Shown: piece by piece, positions 29,293 to 39,904 of the stretch
How positions within the stretch are numbered: the stretch's first letter is position 1
How the letters are laid out: every line of letters begins with the position of its first letter
Origin: Clostridia bacterium
Lineage (GTDB): Bacteria > Bacillota > Clostridia > UBA1212
Length of the DNA stretch: 64,000 bases
NCBI GenBank assembly: GCA_017444825.1
Contig: JAFSVU010000020.1
Coordinates: 4,374 to 68,373, forward strand
Direction of reading: 5' to 3'
Position numbers and translations under genes: made by a program
The notes under the pieces: generated by a model
Database searches by the model: none
The model's input: the letters and a program-made list of their open reading frames with translations, nothing else
What the model was told of the DNA's origin: nothing

Positions 29293-29551
29293 TATATTTA
29301 CCGCCTTTACTTACAAATAATGATTTCACCGACCGGTTTTTTCGCGACGGAACGTCACGTATTTGAGCCGGGTCGCATAAAACGCAAATCATATTATACT
29401 ATCTTGATTAAAAGAATTCAACGGAAAAATTTTCCGCATTTAAGGCGGTCTTAAGGTGCCGGATCCGTGCGAAACCCGGCATTTTAAGGTTGAAGGCGGC
29501 GGCTCAAAAATGGTAAAATTTCATATCATAAGACACGGGGAGGATGTTCAT

Positions 29552-32053
29552 ATGCAAAATCCTTTTACAAAAGCGATACCCCTGGTTTCAGGCGAGCCCG
29601 GCGACCTGTCCGTCGTGAACGTTTACACGGATTTCTTTGAAGAGTTCACAGCGGATGCCCCTCGGGAGGAAACCAATGTCATTCTCAAGATCAATGCCGA
29701 CAGCGAGTTTGCGGTATGGATAAACGGCAGATTTGCCCTGACCGGCCAGCATTCCCAGTTTCCCGACACCCCCTGCGCTGAGTTTGCCGACATCACGGAA
29801 CTCATCCGGGAAGGCGCCAATACCATTGCCGTGACGGTATACCGCCAGGGTCTCACCACTTCCACCTACATAAGCGGCCCCGGCCAGTTTCTCTACGAGA
29901 TCGCCCTCCTCTCTCCGGACGGCGAAGAAGTTATCGCCGCATCCTCCGAAAACACTCTCAGACGGTTTTCACCGTCGTACAAAAGCGGGCCCGTGCCCCA
30001 GGTCTCCGGACAGCTTGGTTTTTCTTTTGCATACACTCATTCACCGGGCTGTGACGATTTTCTCGGGGCAAGCTACACCGAAGAGGTTGCCAGAGAGGAC
30101 GGTTTTACGAATGCCGTCGTTCTCCGGGATTTTGAGCCTGCGGATTTCACGACGAGGAACATCAAAAACCTTGGTATCTTAAGCGCCGGGACCTCCGAGC
30201 TGGTCGCCCAGGGACTTTTCGACTACGGGCTTGAGTACCGTGAGACCAATTCCATGCCCCACGGCAGCTATATGCAAAACGCCGCGCTCCGCTCAAGATA
30301 CCTTCATCAGCTTCTTGACGACCCCGTGACGACAAGGGAGATACCCGCGGTACAAAACTACGCTCTCGAGCCCTCCGCAGAGCTTCCCGAAGTCAAAAAC
30401 CCGATCAGACTTGTAACAAAAGAGCTCACCCTCACAGGCGCTCTCCGGGAGGGCCGGGGCATATACGCGGTGATAGACATTGGTGCCGAGACCCTTGGTT
30501 ATTTATCCTTCAGAGTCACTACGAAGCGTCCCACGGTCATTGGCGTGGCCTATTCAGACCACCTGATCGACCTCAGGGCCAGGAGCTACGTCGGAGGCAG
30601 GCATTTTGCGGAAACAGTCATCGTTCCTGCGGGGGAGACGGCCCACACCCACCTTCTCAGCAAGATCGGTGCGAGATATATCATGCTCTACGCGGAAACG
30701 GACGACATCACCATCTCCGGAGTCGGGATCATTCCCACAGTCTATCCGGTGGACGGGTACGCCCGGGGCGATTTTGCGGTCAACGACGACCTGCATAAAA
30801 AGATCTATTCCACCTGCCTCAGCACACTTCTTCTTTGCATGAACGAGCACTACATGGATTGCCCCCAGCGTGAGCAGGCACTCTATGCGATGGACAGCAG
30901 AAACCAGATGCTCTGCGGCTACTACGCTTTTGGCGAGTATGCATACGCCAAGGAAAGTCTGTCGCTCCTGTCGAGATCTCTCAGGCCAGACGGCCTCCTG
31001 GAGCTCTGTGCGCCGGCAAAGGTTCCGATCACTATTCCGTCATTTTCACTTCACTGGGTCATCGCCCTCTGCGAGTACACGAAATTCAGCGGCGACACAG
31101 CCTTCTTCTACGAACAGCTTAAGACCGCAAACACCATAATGAGTTCGATCCTCACCTGCCGCGGCGAAAACGGAGCCCTTCTCCGGCGCACCGAGAAGGA
31201 ATACTGGAACTTCCATGAGTGGAACGGCGAGCTTTCGGGTTCCATCGGCAGTCCATCCACCTCCGACGCGGACGGCTGCCTAACGGCACTGTTCATAATC
31301 GCAACTGATAAACTTGCCGAGATCATCGAGGAAACAGGTGGCGAGGACGAAAGCGCCGCTTCTCAGGTCAGAAAGCTCCGGGCCCTCTCGACGTCGATGC
31401 GCGCGGTGTTCAACGACACTTTCTTCGACCCGGAAAACGAGGTCTACTGTTCCTACAAAGACATGTCGGCCGAAACCAATGGGCTCCGCAACCACAGCGA
31501 GTACATGAACGCATTGGCAATACTCTCGGGAGCTGCCTCCCTTGACGAGAACTGCCTTGCAGCCGCAGTAAAAGCGATCACCCGCAAGGCCGAAAAGGTC
31601 GAGATAAGCCCCTGCACTCTCAGCACCTGCCTCTTCAAGTACGATGCGCTGATGTCGGTTTCGAGAGAATATATCGACTTCGTGATGGAGGAGATAACCG
31701 AGCTCTGGGGCTACATGATAAGCCGAGGAGCCACGTCTTTCTGGGAGACTATCAAAGGGGCCGAGGACTTTGACGATGCAGGCTCTCTTTGCCACGGCTG
31801 GGCCGCGATCCCGGTGGCGGTGTATTACAGATACATTCTGGGAATTGAGCCCTTAAAGTGCGGCTTCGAGAAATATTCGGTGAGCCCCGCATTCTGGGAC
31901 AGACATCACGCAAAGGGCAGTATCTTCCTGCCGGCAAAGTCGATGAAGCTGGAGGTCACGGTGGACGACAAGTCGTTTTTCTTTGACGAAAAAGTGCCTG
32001 CGGAAGGGAGTGCCGCCTTAAGTTATAGGGGTGCCGCCCAAGGTAATAGGTAA
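29552..32053 (+). CDS. Six-hairpin glycosidase, GH78 alpha-L-rhamnosidase-like
   Basis: MDCPQREQALYAMD and C-terminal CHGWAAIPV resemble GH78 signatures. GGGGAGGA RBS 8 nt before ATG 29552. An extended -10 TGgTAAAAT at 29510-29518 argues against the 29510 and 29456 starts. The C-terminus runs into repeat locus D. Confidence 0.55.
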   Translation: MQNPFTKAIPLVSGEPGDLSVVNVYTDFFEEFTADAPREETNVILKINADSEFAVWINGRFALTGQHSQFPDTPCAEFADITELIREGANTIAVTVYRQGLTTSTYISGPGQFLYEIALLSPDGEEVIAASSENTLRRFSPSYKSGPVPQVSGQLGFSFAYTHSPGCDDFLGASYTEEVAREDGFTNAVVLRDFEPADFTTRNIKNLGILSAGTSELVAQGLFDYGLEYRETNSMPHGSYMQNAALRSRYLHQLLDDPVTTREIPAVQNYALEPSAELPEVKNPIRLVTKELTLTGALREGRGIYAVIDIGAETLGYLSFRVTTKRPTVIGVAYSDHLIDLRARSYVGGRHFAETVIVPAGETAHTHLLSKIGARYIMLYAETDDITISGVGIIPTVYPVDGYARGDFAVNDDLHKKIYSTCLSTLLLCMNEHYMDCPQREQALYAMDSRNQMLCGYYAFGEYAYAKESLSLLSRSLRPDGLLELCAPAKVPITIPSFSLHWVIALCEYTKFSGDTAFFYEQLKTANTIMSSILTCRGENGALLRRTEKEYWNFHEWNGELSGSIGSPSTSDADGCLTALFIIATDKLAEIIEETGGEDESAASQVRKLRALSTSMRAVFNDTFFDPENEVYCSYKDMSAETNGLRNHSEYMNALAILSGAASLDENCLAAAVKAITRKAEKVEISPCTLSTCLFKYDALMSVSREYIDFVMEEITELWGYMISRGATSFWETIKGAEDFDDAGSLCHGWAAIPVAVYYRYILGIEPLKCGFEKYSVSPAFWDRHHAKGSIFLPAKSMKLEVTVDDKSFFFDEKVPAEGSAALSYRGAAQGNR

Positions 32054-32135
32054 TAGGTAAAAGGTAAGAAGTTATAGGGAAAAAATGACTGCGTGAGCGG
32101 TGCCGGACAAGGTAATAAGTAAAAGGTAACAGGTA
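32004..32135. repeat. Structured intergenic repeat locus D
   Basis: GGGAGTGCCGCcttaagTTATAGGGGTGCCGCCcaaGGTAATAGGTAATAGGTAAAAGGTAAGAAG...ATGACTGCGTGAGCGGTGCCGGACaaGGTAATAAGTAAAAGGTAACAGGTAAAAGG. Confidence 0.8.
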
Positions 32136-32193
32136 AAAGGTGCGGGCGCATTCGGATGGATGATCCGGGCGCCCGCTTTAAGCAGATACGTTT

Positions 32194-33000
32194 TTATGCT
32201 TTTCTGGCGGTCACAAGCCATCTTCCCGGATCAGCCTCCGCCTGAACGAGTTCAAACACCTCAAAACCGTTTTTGATCAGTTCGGTTTTTACGTTTTCCG
32301 GCTCAAGAGCCCTCTCGGTGACAGTATCCTCCGACCTTTCAAACAGGCCGTCCTCCGTCTCCGCATAGCATATGACGTCGTAGGTCATGATCCTATCCTT
32401 GTATTCCGCGGTCCAGATGCACGTGCCCTCCTCTGAGTCCTCGAAGAAAACGCCCTTCTCCGCAGCAGCCGTGAAATAAGCGTCCGTGAGGAAATCAAAT
32501 ATCAGAAGACCGCCCTCATCGATGAAATTCCTGGCGTTTGAAAGGAACCTGCCGAGGTCATCCTCACCGGTCATATGGTTCACGCCGTCCTCGAGGCAGT
32601 ACATTGCCGCATAGGAGCCGAAGGTGTCCATTTCCCGCATATCCTGGCACAGCCAGAGTATCTGCTCGCCCTTCTCATAACCAAGCTCCGACGCGATCTC
32701 AAGCATCTCGGGGCTGAGGTCGAGGCCCGTCATGTCGTAGCCCCGTTCGGAGAGCAGCACGGTGAGCTTTCCGGTGCCGCAGCCCACGTCTATAACCAAT
32801 GTGGACTTTGAAATATCCGCTCCGTTCTCTTCGCCCGGTGTGCCTCGTTTGAGCCCATTGGTTTCGAAGGAACGGGTCGCCACCGCTTTCAGACCCTCGT
32901 TTCCGAACCTTTTGAAGCGGTCTTCCAGGAGATCCGCCAGTCTGTCCCGGTCAAGATCACCGGTGTACATATCGTAAAACCATGCGAGATTTTCGTACAT
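32194..33000 (-). CDS. Class I SAM-dependent methyltransferase
   Basis: Motif I VIDVGCGTGKLT. Confidence 0.75.
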   Translation of the reverse strand: MYENLAWFYDMYTGDLDRDRLADLLEDRFKRFGNEGLKAVATRSFETNGLKRGTPGEENGADISKSTLVIDVGCGTGKLTVLLSERGYDMTGLDLSPEMLEIASELGYEKGEQILWLCQDMREMDTFGSYAAMYCLEDGVNHMTGEDDLGRFLSNARNFIDEGGLLIFDFLTDAYFTAAAEKGVFFEDSEEGTCIWTAEYKDRIMTYDVICYAETEDGLFERSEDTVTERALEPENVKTELIKNGFEVFELVQAEADPGRWLVTARKA

Positions 33001-33012
33001 AAACGTCTCCTT

Positions 33013-34470
33013 TCAACCCCTGAGGACCCTCACGGCCTCTATCAGCTGTACGTCGCTTTCGCGGGGAATATCCGCGGCCCTCGTACCCGAAAACTCCGCT
33101 GCCGTATCCAGGATGATATCCGGAGTGATTCCTGTGCCGTCCACGCACTCCCCCGAGGGTGTGTAATATTTGTATGCGGAAAGAGAGATGCCGCTGCCGT
33201 CGTGTTCAAAGGATTTCATGATCTGGCCAACCGCCTTGCCGTAGGTTTTTGTGCCTATAACTGTGGCAGCCTTCATGTCCCGGACCGCTCCCGTGAGAAG
33301 CTCCGAGGCGCTGGCAGTGCCGGAATTTACGAGGAGTACCAAGGGAAGGCCGATGGAGCCGGGCTTTGATCTGTAAGTCTCTATTTCATTGCCTTTTCTG
33401 TCCTTTGCGACCGCGATCACGCCCTCCGGAAGAAGAACGTCGGCAATGTTCACAGCCTGGTCAACGTATCCACCCGGGTTGTCCCTGAGGTCAAGTATGA
33501 GGCCTTTTGTGGCATTGGTTTTGAGCACAGCCAGAGTCTCGTTAAACTCATCCGTTGACTCGGGGGTAAACTGGTCTATCCTTATGTAGATTATGCCGGA
33601 ACCAAGGTCCTCGCCGGACACCACGTGCCTCTTGAGCTTGACAGTAGAACAAGAGACCGCTCTTACGGTCTCTCCATTTCTGACTAAAAATGAAAAAGTC
33701 GCATCGGTCTGCGACAAAATGTTTTCAATGTTCTGAAGTGTCTTCCCTGCGGTCTTTTCACCGTTGATTTCAGTGATTATGTCTCCGGCGACAAGTCCGG
33801 CGCTCTTTGCGGGCGATCCGTCCTCCACTTCCTTTATCAGAAACCCGTCCTCCGAGCTCTCCATCAACGTTCCGATGCCCGTGTAGCTTCCGTTCACGTA
33901 GTCCTCAAAGGAGTCCATCTTGCCGGGCCTGTGGTAGCTGCCGTAGGGGTCGTTTATGGAAGCCGCCATGCCCGCCACAGCCCCTTCAAGGAGCTCGTCG
34001 GGGTCGGTCTCCATGTAGTAATTATCGGAGATAAACGTAAATATCTCCGCGAACTTTTCGATCTGGTCGCTGCCGGCTCCGTATTTTTCGAAGACGACAT
34101 TCACCGCATTCTGTCCGGTCTGCTTCGACCTTGACGCGATCTGGACGATAAATACGATGCACAGTATCAGCAGCACCAATATGAGAAGTGCTCCGATCAC
34201 CACTATCGATATGGTGGTCTTGTCCTCCTTGGTCAGCTCCGACGACTCGTCAATGTCATCCCTGTCCTTCGCCTCGGCTTCCGCCGGATCCTCCGCAGGT
34301 GCCCCCGGGATGCCTGCACCCATCTCGTCCTGCTCGTCCGAGTCAAACTGGCCGTACAGGCCCGGGGCCTTTGGTTTTTGGGCATCATCGTTCACGACAC
34401 CCGCAAAGAACGATTCCGCCCACGGGTCCTTGTCTACGTTTAACCTGCTGTCCTTGTTACCGTTTTCCAT
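33013..34470 (-). CDS. S41-family C-terminal processing peptidase (CtpA/Prc-like) with N-terminal TM
   Basis: PDZ region. GLILDLRDNPGG and GTASASELL (Ser/Lys dyad context). Confidence 0.8.
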   Translation of the reverse strand: MENGNKDSRLNVDKDPWAESFFAGVVNDDAQKPKAPGLYGQFDSDEQDEMGAGIPGAPAEDPAEAEAKDRDDIDESSELTKEDKTTISIVVIGALLILVLLILCIVFIVQIASRSKQTGQNAVNVVFEKYGAGSDQIEKFAEIFTFISDNYYMETDPDELLEGAVAGMAASINDPYGSYHRPGKMDSFEDYVNGSYTGIGTLMESSEDGFLIKEVEDGSPAKSAGLVAGDIITEINGEKTAGKTLQNIENILSQTDATFSFLVRNGETVRAVSCSTVKLKRHVVSGEDLGSGIIYIRIDQFTPESTDEFNETLAVLKTNATKGLILDLRDNPGGYVDQAVNIADVLLPEGVIAVAKDRKGNEIETYRSKPGSIGLPLVLLVNSGTASASELLTGAVRDMKAATVIGTKTYGKAVGQIMKSFEHDGSGISLSAYKYYTPSGECVDGTGITPDIILDTAAEFSGTRAADIPRESDVQLIEAVRVLRG

Positions 34471-34473
34471 AAC

Positions 34474-35376
34474 TTATACCTTCATATACTTTCTCGCCGC
34501 AAGCATACTGGCGACAAAACCCGTCGCTATGCCGAAGAGTATGAAGCCGACGAAGATAGCCCCGCCGCCGGACTCTGCGAACGTCTTGGGGACGATATTG
34601 GTTTGTGCCGCAAGCTCACTGATGAAATTGAACACCGCTTTGTAAACGCCCGAGAGAACTATCCAGGCTATGATCGCGCCAACGATGCCCGTGGAGACAC
34701 CCTCTAAAATGAAAGGTGTGGCAATGTAAACGTCCGTGGCGCCAATGTACTTCATGATCTCGATCTCACGGTGCCTTGCGATGACGGTGAGTTTTACAGT
34801 GTTAAAGATGAGGAGAAGCGAGAGGCCCGTCATGATCACCGCAGCGGTAATTGTCCCTACGTTTACCCAGAATCTTGTAAGCTCCATCTTGTCCACGGTC
34901 TCGACGATGTCCTTCACGCTGTCGATGCCGTCAAGCTGCTTGATCTCATTGACGAAAGCGGTGCCGTCCTCGAAATGGTTCAGCTGCACCTCGATGGACA
35001 CGAACTGAAGTCTTTCGCTGTTGCGGTAATTCTCGAAGAGCTCCTTGTCATCCTTGAAGTAGTCGAGGATCTTGTTCAGGTTCTCTTCCTTGGTTATGTA
35101 GGTCGCGGTCTTGACTCTCGCATCCTTCGAAATGACGTCGAAATACTCCTTTGCGGTCTCGTCGGACACGATGTAGCTGAAGTTGATCTGTATCTCAGCC
35201 CTGTCGCTGAACTGCTCGATAACGGAGCCAAGAGTAAGGCCCGCCTCGATGAAAATGCCCACCACGAGGAGCACGAAGAAAACGACCACAACGGACGCGA
35301 ACACCATGAAAAGGTTTCTCAATATGTTTTTCACGCTCTGGCGGAGTACGTAATAGACTATCCTGATATATTTCAT
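34474..35376 (-). CDS. ftsX: FtsX-like permease
   Basis: 300 aa. N-terminal TM, large extracellular loop, then 3 TM. Adjacent to ftsE. Confidence 0.8.
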   Translation of the reverse strand: MKYIRIVYYVLRQSVKNILRNLFMVFASVVVVFFVLLVVGIFIEAGLTLGSVIEQFSDRAEIQINFSYIVSDETAKEYFDVISKDARVKTATYITKEENLNKILDYFKDDKELFENYRNSERLQFVSIEVQLNHFEDGTAFVNEIKQLDGIDSVKDIVETVDKMELTRFWVNVGTITAAVIMTGLSLLLIFNTVKLTVIARHREIEIMKYIGATDVYIATPFILEGVSTGIVGAIIAWIVLSGVYKAVFNFISELAAQTNIVPKTFAESGGGAIFVGFILFGIATGFVASMLAARKYMKV

Positions 35377-35389
35377 AACGCCGCCCCCT

Positions 35390-36118
35390 TTACTTATTGC
35401 CCAGAATCCTGACGCCGTGGCTCAGTTCTATGACCCTGTGCCCGATTTTCGACACCAGCTCTTTCTCGTGGGTCGCGACAAGCACCGTCGCGCCGAGCTC
35501 CGTGTTTATCTTCTGGAGAAGCTCCATGATCTCCTGGGAGTTCTCGGTGTCCAGGTTTCCCGTAGGCTCGTCGGCAATTATAAGGCCCGGCAGGTTTACC
35601 ACCGCCCTTGCAATGGCAACTCTCTGCTGCTCGCCTCCCGAAAGGTGCCCCGGGTACTCATTTCTCTTCTTCGCAAGACCGACCAGATCGAGGGCCGCCA
35701 TGACCTGGGTCTCTATCTGCTTCCGGCCCGCGCCAAGCATCTCCAGCGCAAACGCTACGTTTTCAAACACGGTCATGCTGGATATGATCCTGAAGTCCTG
35801 GAAAACTATGCCCACAAGTCGCCTGTAATATGGTATGCCGCTGCTCTTTACGGAGTTCAGGTTTATGCTCCCCACCAGGATATCACCCGACGTGGCCCTT
35901 TCCTCGAGCATCAGCAGCTTCGTAAGTGTCGACTTTCCCGAGCCCGAATGGCCCATAAGGAACGCAAACTCGCCCGGAGCCACGCGAAAGCTCACATTGT
36001 CAAGTGCTCTCACGCCGTTCTGGTATTCCTTCGTAACGTTCTCAAAAACTATTTCCGGACCCTTGTTATCGTCCTCCTGAGAACTGTAATCGTACCGGTA
36101 ATCATTCTCCATACTCAA
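35390..36118 (-). CDS. ftsE: FtsE ABC ATPase
   Basis: Walker A GHSGSGKST. Signature LSGGEQQRVAIARA. Walker B IIADEP. Confidence 0.85.
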   Translation of the reverse strand: MSMENDYRYDYSSQEDDNKGPEIVFENVTKEYQNGVRALDNVSFRVAPGEFAFLMGHSGSGKSTLTKLLMLEERATSGDILVGSINLNSVKSSGIPYYRRLVGIVFQDFRIISSMTVFENVAFALEMLGAGRKQIETQVMAALDLVGLAKKRNEYPGHLSGGEQQRVAIARAVVNLPGLIIADEPTGNLDTENSQEIMELLQKINTELGATVLVATHEKELVSKIGHRVIELSHGVRILGNK

Positions 36119-36163
36119 TTTCCCTCCGTTAAGACCCTCAGCAACCGGCTTCAGGCCAACGAT

Positions 36164-37378
36164 TTATCTTTTGTTCGTTTTTTTCACCTTGGAACTCATC
36201 TGAGCCGTTCTCTTCTCCGCAGCACCGTCGTCTCCCGGCGGCAGCTGTGTCTCCAGATAATTGACCAGCATAAAACCAATGCTTATCCTCACTCCGTCCT
36301 CAAACCTGGTACAGTCAAGGCCCGTGAGCTTGTTGAATTTTTCAATGCGGTAGTTAAGAGTGTTTCTGTGGACGAAAAGCGCCTTGGCGGTCTCCGTGAC
36401 GTTCTGGTTGAGCTTCAGATACATCTTGATGGTAAGAAGCAGCTCGTCATCGCTCTCGGAACGGTTCTCACTGTCCTGCACTCTCAGGCAGTTTTCAAAA
36501 AATGTGTTTCCGAACACCTCTCTCAGGTAGCTCTCGCACACGTCCCTCTTCTGACCGTAAAGGATCCTGGCGACGCCAAGGTTATCGTAGGAATAAACGA
36601 CGCTGTCAATATCAAACGCCTCTCCTATCGCCAATGCCCTCTCCGCCGTTTTGTACGCCGCGTCAATGTTCCGGAGCAGCTTTACCCTGCAGCCCACCGA
36701 GACGTTTATGTCGATGGCAAGCTCGGTCCTCACGGTGTCGATAACGGACTCCGCCGCCTCAAGAGCATTTTCAAACTGCATGTCCTCCGAAAGAGGCACG
36801 ATGACCGCGCAGGCGTCCGATCTTATTCTCACGGTGACGAAACCGTCGCTCTCCGGGAAAGCGTATTCAAGAAGAGAAGTCACCTCGGTCATCCGGTCAA
36901 CTTCTCTGTCGTCCTGCTTTTTCTTTCTGGCGAGGGTCACAAGGAGCGCGGTGTATTCCTGGGCAGGCACGTTTTTCTTAGTGTTTACCGTAAAATCGCC
37001 CTGTGTCACCGAGTCCTTTCCTCCCAGCAGCAGCTGACGGAAAAACTCATTTCTTCTGGAAAAGCTGGCGGTGACGTTTTCGGTATAGAACAAAGATGCT
37101 ATCTTCAGTGCCTTCGCAGCACCGTCCTTTGCGTCCTGTCCGCCCTCCGGAACGTCGCAGAAAAACCAGAGTTCCCTGCCCTCGCAGGTTATCTGGCAGA
37201 ACATCCTGCCGCCGGAAGTCACGATGTCGCCGTCCTCGTCCGGCAGTTCGTAAGTTTCTTCCGAAACAGGGTACAGCACCCGGCCCGAGCTGTCGCAAAC
37301 GCCGAAGCCCCGGCCCATCGTCTCCGCTATTTTTTCGATAAAACCAATGTCATCGATCTTGCCCGGTTCAATACTCAT
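36164..37378 (-). CDS. PucR/CdaR-family transcriptional regulator
   Basis: C-terminal HTH TAKALFVHRNTLNYRIEKFNKLTGLD is typical of the PucR C-terminal domain. Confidence 0.65.
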   Translation of the reverse strand: MSIEPGKIDDIGFIEKIAETMGRGFGVCDSSGRVLYPVSEETYELPDEDGDIVTSGGRMFCQITCEGRELWFFCDVPEGGQDAKDGAAKALKIASLFYTENVTASFSRRNEFFRQLLLGGKDSVTQGDFTVNTKKNVPAQEYTALLVTLARKKKQDDREVDRMTEVTSLLEYAFPESDGFVTVRIRSDACAVIVPLSEDMQFENALEAAESVIDTVRTELAIDINVSVGCRVKLLRNIDAAYKTAERALAIGEAFDIDSVVYSYDNLGVARILYGQKRDVCESYLREVFGNTFFENCLRVQDSENRSESDDELLLTIKMYLKLNQNVTETAKALFVHRNTLNYRIEKFNKLTGLDCTRFEDGVRISIGFMLVNYLETQLPPGDDGAAEKRTAQMSSKVKKTNKR

Positions 37379-39225
37379 CCTGCGTACCTGAAGCTGAGCG
37401 CCCCGATGGGGAAGCTCCTTCCCGACACATAGTAGTCCATAATGTCGTTTTCGACCTCTATGCCGTCAGCGATCTTAAAATAGAAACTGTCTGTGCCGAT
37501 AACTGTTTTCGGCACTTTCACAAGCATAACGTTACCTGTCACGTTGTATCCCGCAAGTCCCGCGTCCGCGACGGAAAAATCCGCAGAAAGCTTTTCGACA
37601 CTGAGGGTGTTTCCGTTTTCGCGCCTTCCGATCACATATTCGTAGCCCTCCCAGCCTTTTTTCTCAAGCTTTCCGGTGCCGATGAATATGTTCATCCAGG
37701 ACGTTTCGCCATTCTCTCTGAGAACCAACGTGTCCTCCGTTTGGATCCTGAAGTAGTAATTGTCACTGTCCTCGCATATCCTCACTTCGTTTATGAAGTT
37801 TCTGGCGGCGGGGGCGGTGTATTTGACGGAGGATGCTCCTCCCGCGCTGTTTCTGGCTTTGTTTACGACCATTGCGGTGCCGAATACCGCATGGACACTG
37901 TTCCACTCGCTGCTGTCGGAGGATATATCCATGGTGATCATGTCCGTCTTTACTCTCGCATTACCCAGCGGAACGTTCTTGTAAGCCCTGATGTTGGCGG
38001 CCAGCTGGATGTAAAAATTGTCCATATGTCCGCCCTTCATAGGCTCCGCATCTCTGGAGAACTCGGTGTTGCACTGATCCACCATCGCATAGCCGTCACC
38101 GTATTCAATTCTTCCCGCGGTCCATTCGTTCCAGCCCGTCACGAATACGATGGCCGGATCCGCCTTTAGCGCCACGTCCCAGGTGGACTGGAAAAACTGC
38201 CCTTCGGCGGCCTTGTCGCTTTCATTTTTCAAAGTTTTCACGTTCCAGCCTCTGCCCCAGTTGTCGGCTCCTTCAGTCACCGAAAGGGACATGGGAAGGC
38301 AGGGATGGGCCGATACCGCGACGTTTATGACGCCGTTATGGACCGGAGCCGGATAAGTGAATTCTATCCAGGGAAATCCGTTCTCACGGAACTCCTCCGT
38401 GGGCCACTGGCATTCTCTGAAGTAAAAATAGTTTTCGATCTCATCGCCAAAGGGTTCCGGGCTGTAATTCAGGTCGCCCCTGCCTCTTGCCTCGGAAAGA
38501 TCGTCATCCATATCGATGCGGCCTATGATCAGCGGCTTCCCGTCGATTCTGTACCACGCAGAGTCATATTTGCCCTGCTTGTAGAACTTGTCGTAAAGGT
38601 CCCTGATCACCGTGTGGGTGTAGGATGCGGTGTAGAACACCAGTTCCGGGCAATCCTCCCGGCCCGCCTCCTTCAGTTTTTTGACCTCTGCCGCAATTTT
38701 GGCGGCCACTATGTCGTAGGTGACTGCATTGGTCACGTCAAAGACCAGAAAGTCCACGCCCGCGGCGCCCAGCATTTCAAGATGCCTGCGTATCACCCAG
38801 CTGTCCGAGGAATTGTAGTACCCGAAAAGGGGCTCTCCCCAGTAGTAAGCCGGGTTCCCCGGAAACTTGTAGCTTTTGTCAAGGAACATTTTTTCGAGGC
38901 CGCCCTCCTCTTCGAGGAGTTCGGACACGTTTACCACCGATGTGCTTCCGTGCTGGCCCGAGCAGAGGAAATAGAATATTCCCACATCACGGGATTTGTC
39001 GTTTTTCTCACCCCGGGTCGCCTCGAAAGTTCTCCCGAGACGGTCCATGCCTATGACCGGATTCGAGTTTTTTCCGCCGGCGTAGTATTCCGATGCTTCT
39101 ATATATGTCACCGTATTCTCCTCCGGCCCGTCGTTTACGTTACGCGAGCAGCCCGCAAAACCGATGCATCCCGCAGTCAGGACCATCGTCAGCGCCAAAA
39201 CCGCAAAGCCTCGGACCCTTTTCAT
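37375..39225 (-). CDS. Lipoprotein, putative TIM-barrel glycosidase (possibly GH99/GH71-like; family uncertain)
   Basis: MKRVRGFAVLALTMVLTAGC lipobox. YYWGEPLFGYYNSSDSWVIRRHLEMLGAAGVDFLVFD and TGWNEWTAG resemble endo-mannosidase-like folds (from memory only). Confidence 0.5.
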   Translation of the reverse strand: MKRVRGFAVLALTMVLTAGCIGFAGCSRNVNDGPEENTVTYIEASEYYAGGKNSNPVIGMDRLGRTFEATRGEKNDKSRDVGIFYFLCSGQHGSTSVVNVSELLEEEGGLEKMFLDKSYKFPGNPAYYWGEPLFGYYNSSDSWVIRRHLEMLGAAGVDFLVFDVTNAVTYDIVAAKIAAEVKKLKEAGREDCPELVFYTASYTHTVIRDLYDKFYKQGKYDSAWYRIDGKPLIIGRIDMDDDLSEARGRGDLNYSPEPFGDEIENYFYFRECQWPTEEFRENGFPWIEFTYPAPVHNGVINVAVSAHPCLPMSLSVTEGADNWGRGWNVKTLKNESDKAAEGQFFQSTWDVALKADPAIVFVTGWNEWTAGRIEYGDGYAMVDQCNTEFSRDAEPMKGGHMDNFYIQLAANIRAYKNVPLGNARVKTDMITMDISSDSSEWNSVHAVFGTAMVVNKARNSAGGASSVKYTAPAARNFINEVRICEDSDNYYFRIQTEDTLVLRENGETSWMNIFIGTGKLEKKGWEGYEYVIGRRENGNTLSVEKLSADFSVADAGLAGYNVTGNVMLVKVPKTVIGTDSFYFKIADGIEVENDIMDYYVSGRSFPIGALSFRYAG

Positions 39226-39887
39226 TCCGCGGTCTCCGGCTCGTAACCGTAGCATACGAAGTCATATATACTGCAGTAGGGATAGTCGCTGAATTCCTCA
39301 TCCTCCGGGAAATCCACCGTTATCATGATCTTTGTGGCGAAGGTGTCCTTCGGGAACGTGCTCTCATCCAGCAGCATAGTGGGCTTTGTGTAAACGTCGT
39401 AGAACTCGTAGACCTCTTTCCATTCGCTGCCGTCCTCGGTCACAAGTATCTTGTAGTAACCGGTCAAAGTCTCCCAGGTGATGGAAAAGTCGCTGAGTTC
39501 ATATCGTCCCCCGAGATCGATGGTGATCTCATGGTGAAGATCTGTTCTCCAGTTCGGTCTCTGCAGGTCAAATCCGCTCCACCTCGTGGTCTCGTCCTCA
39601 TCCACTATAGCTTTCGGATCTCCGTATTCGCCGCGCTGTGAGTAGTCCGCTTCCACTTCTTTATCGTAGACGACGTTCATAATTTTCCTTGAGGGCGTCG
39701 GTTCGGCCGTAGGCTCGGACGTGAGCTCCGGTGTGGCTTCGGGAGCCTGCGTTTCTTCGACAGGATCTGCCTCGGCAGTAGCTTCGGCAGTGGCCTCTGA
39801 GGGAGTGTTGTTACCGGGGGTTCCGGCGCATGCCGCCAGACAAACCAATGCAATCAAAACCGCAACCGTCACGAAAAATTTCTTCAT
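39222..39887 (-). CDS. Lipoprotein with F5/8 type C (discoidin/CBM32-like) carbohydrate-binding domain
   Basis: MKKFFVTVAVLIALVCLAACAG lipobox. Pro/Glu/Thr/Ala linker. DETTRWSG... discoidin-like core. Confidence 0.55.
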   Translation of the reverse strand: MKKFFVTVAVLIALVCLAACAGTPGNNTPSEATAEATAEADPVEETQAPEATPELTSEPTAEPTPSRKIMNVVYDKEVEADYSQRGEYGDPKAIVDEDETTRWSGFDLQRPNWRTDLHHEITIDLGGRYELSDFSITWETLTGYYKILVTEDGSEWKEVYEFYDVYTKPTMLLDESTFPKDTFATKIMITVDFPEDEEFSDYPYCSIYDFVCYGYEPETAE

Positions 39888-39904
39888 TAAGATTTCCTCT
39901 TTCC

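Noticed and set aside
29456-29551. GTG 29456 / ATG 29510 starts for the GH78-like gene
   Set aside because: An extended -10 element overlaps 29510. A strong RBS precedes ATG 29552.
35417-37432. 671-aa plus-strand ORF
   Set aside because: Antisense to ftsE and the PucR regulator, spanning two genes. Shadow ORF.
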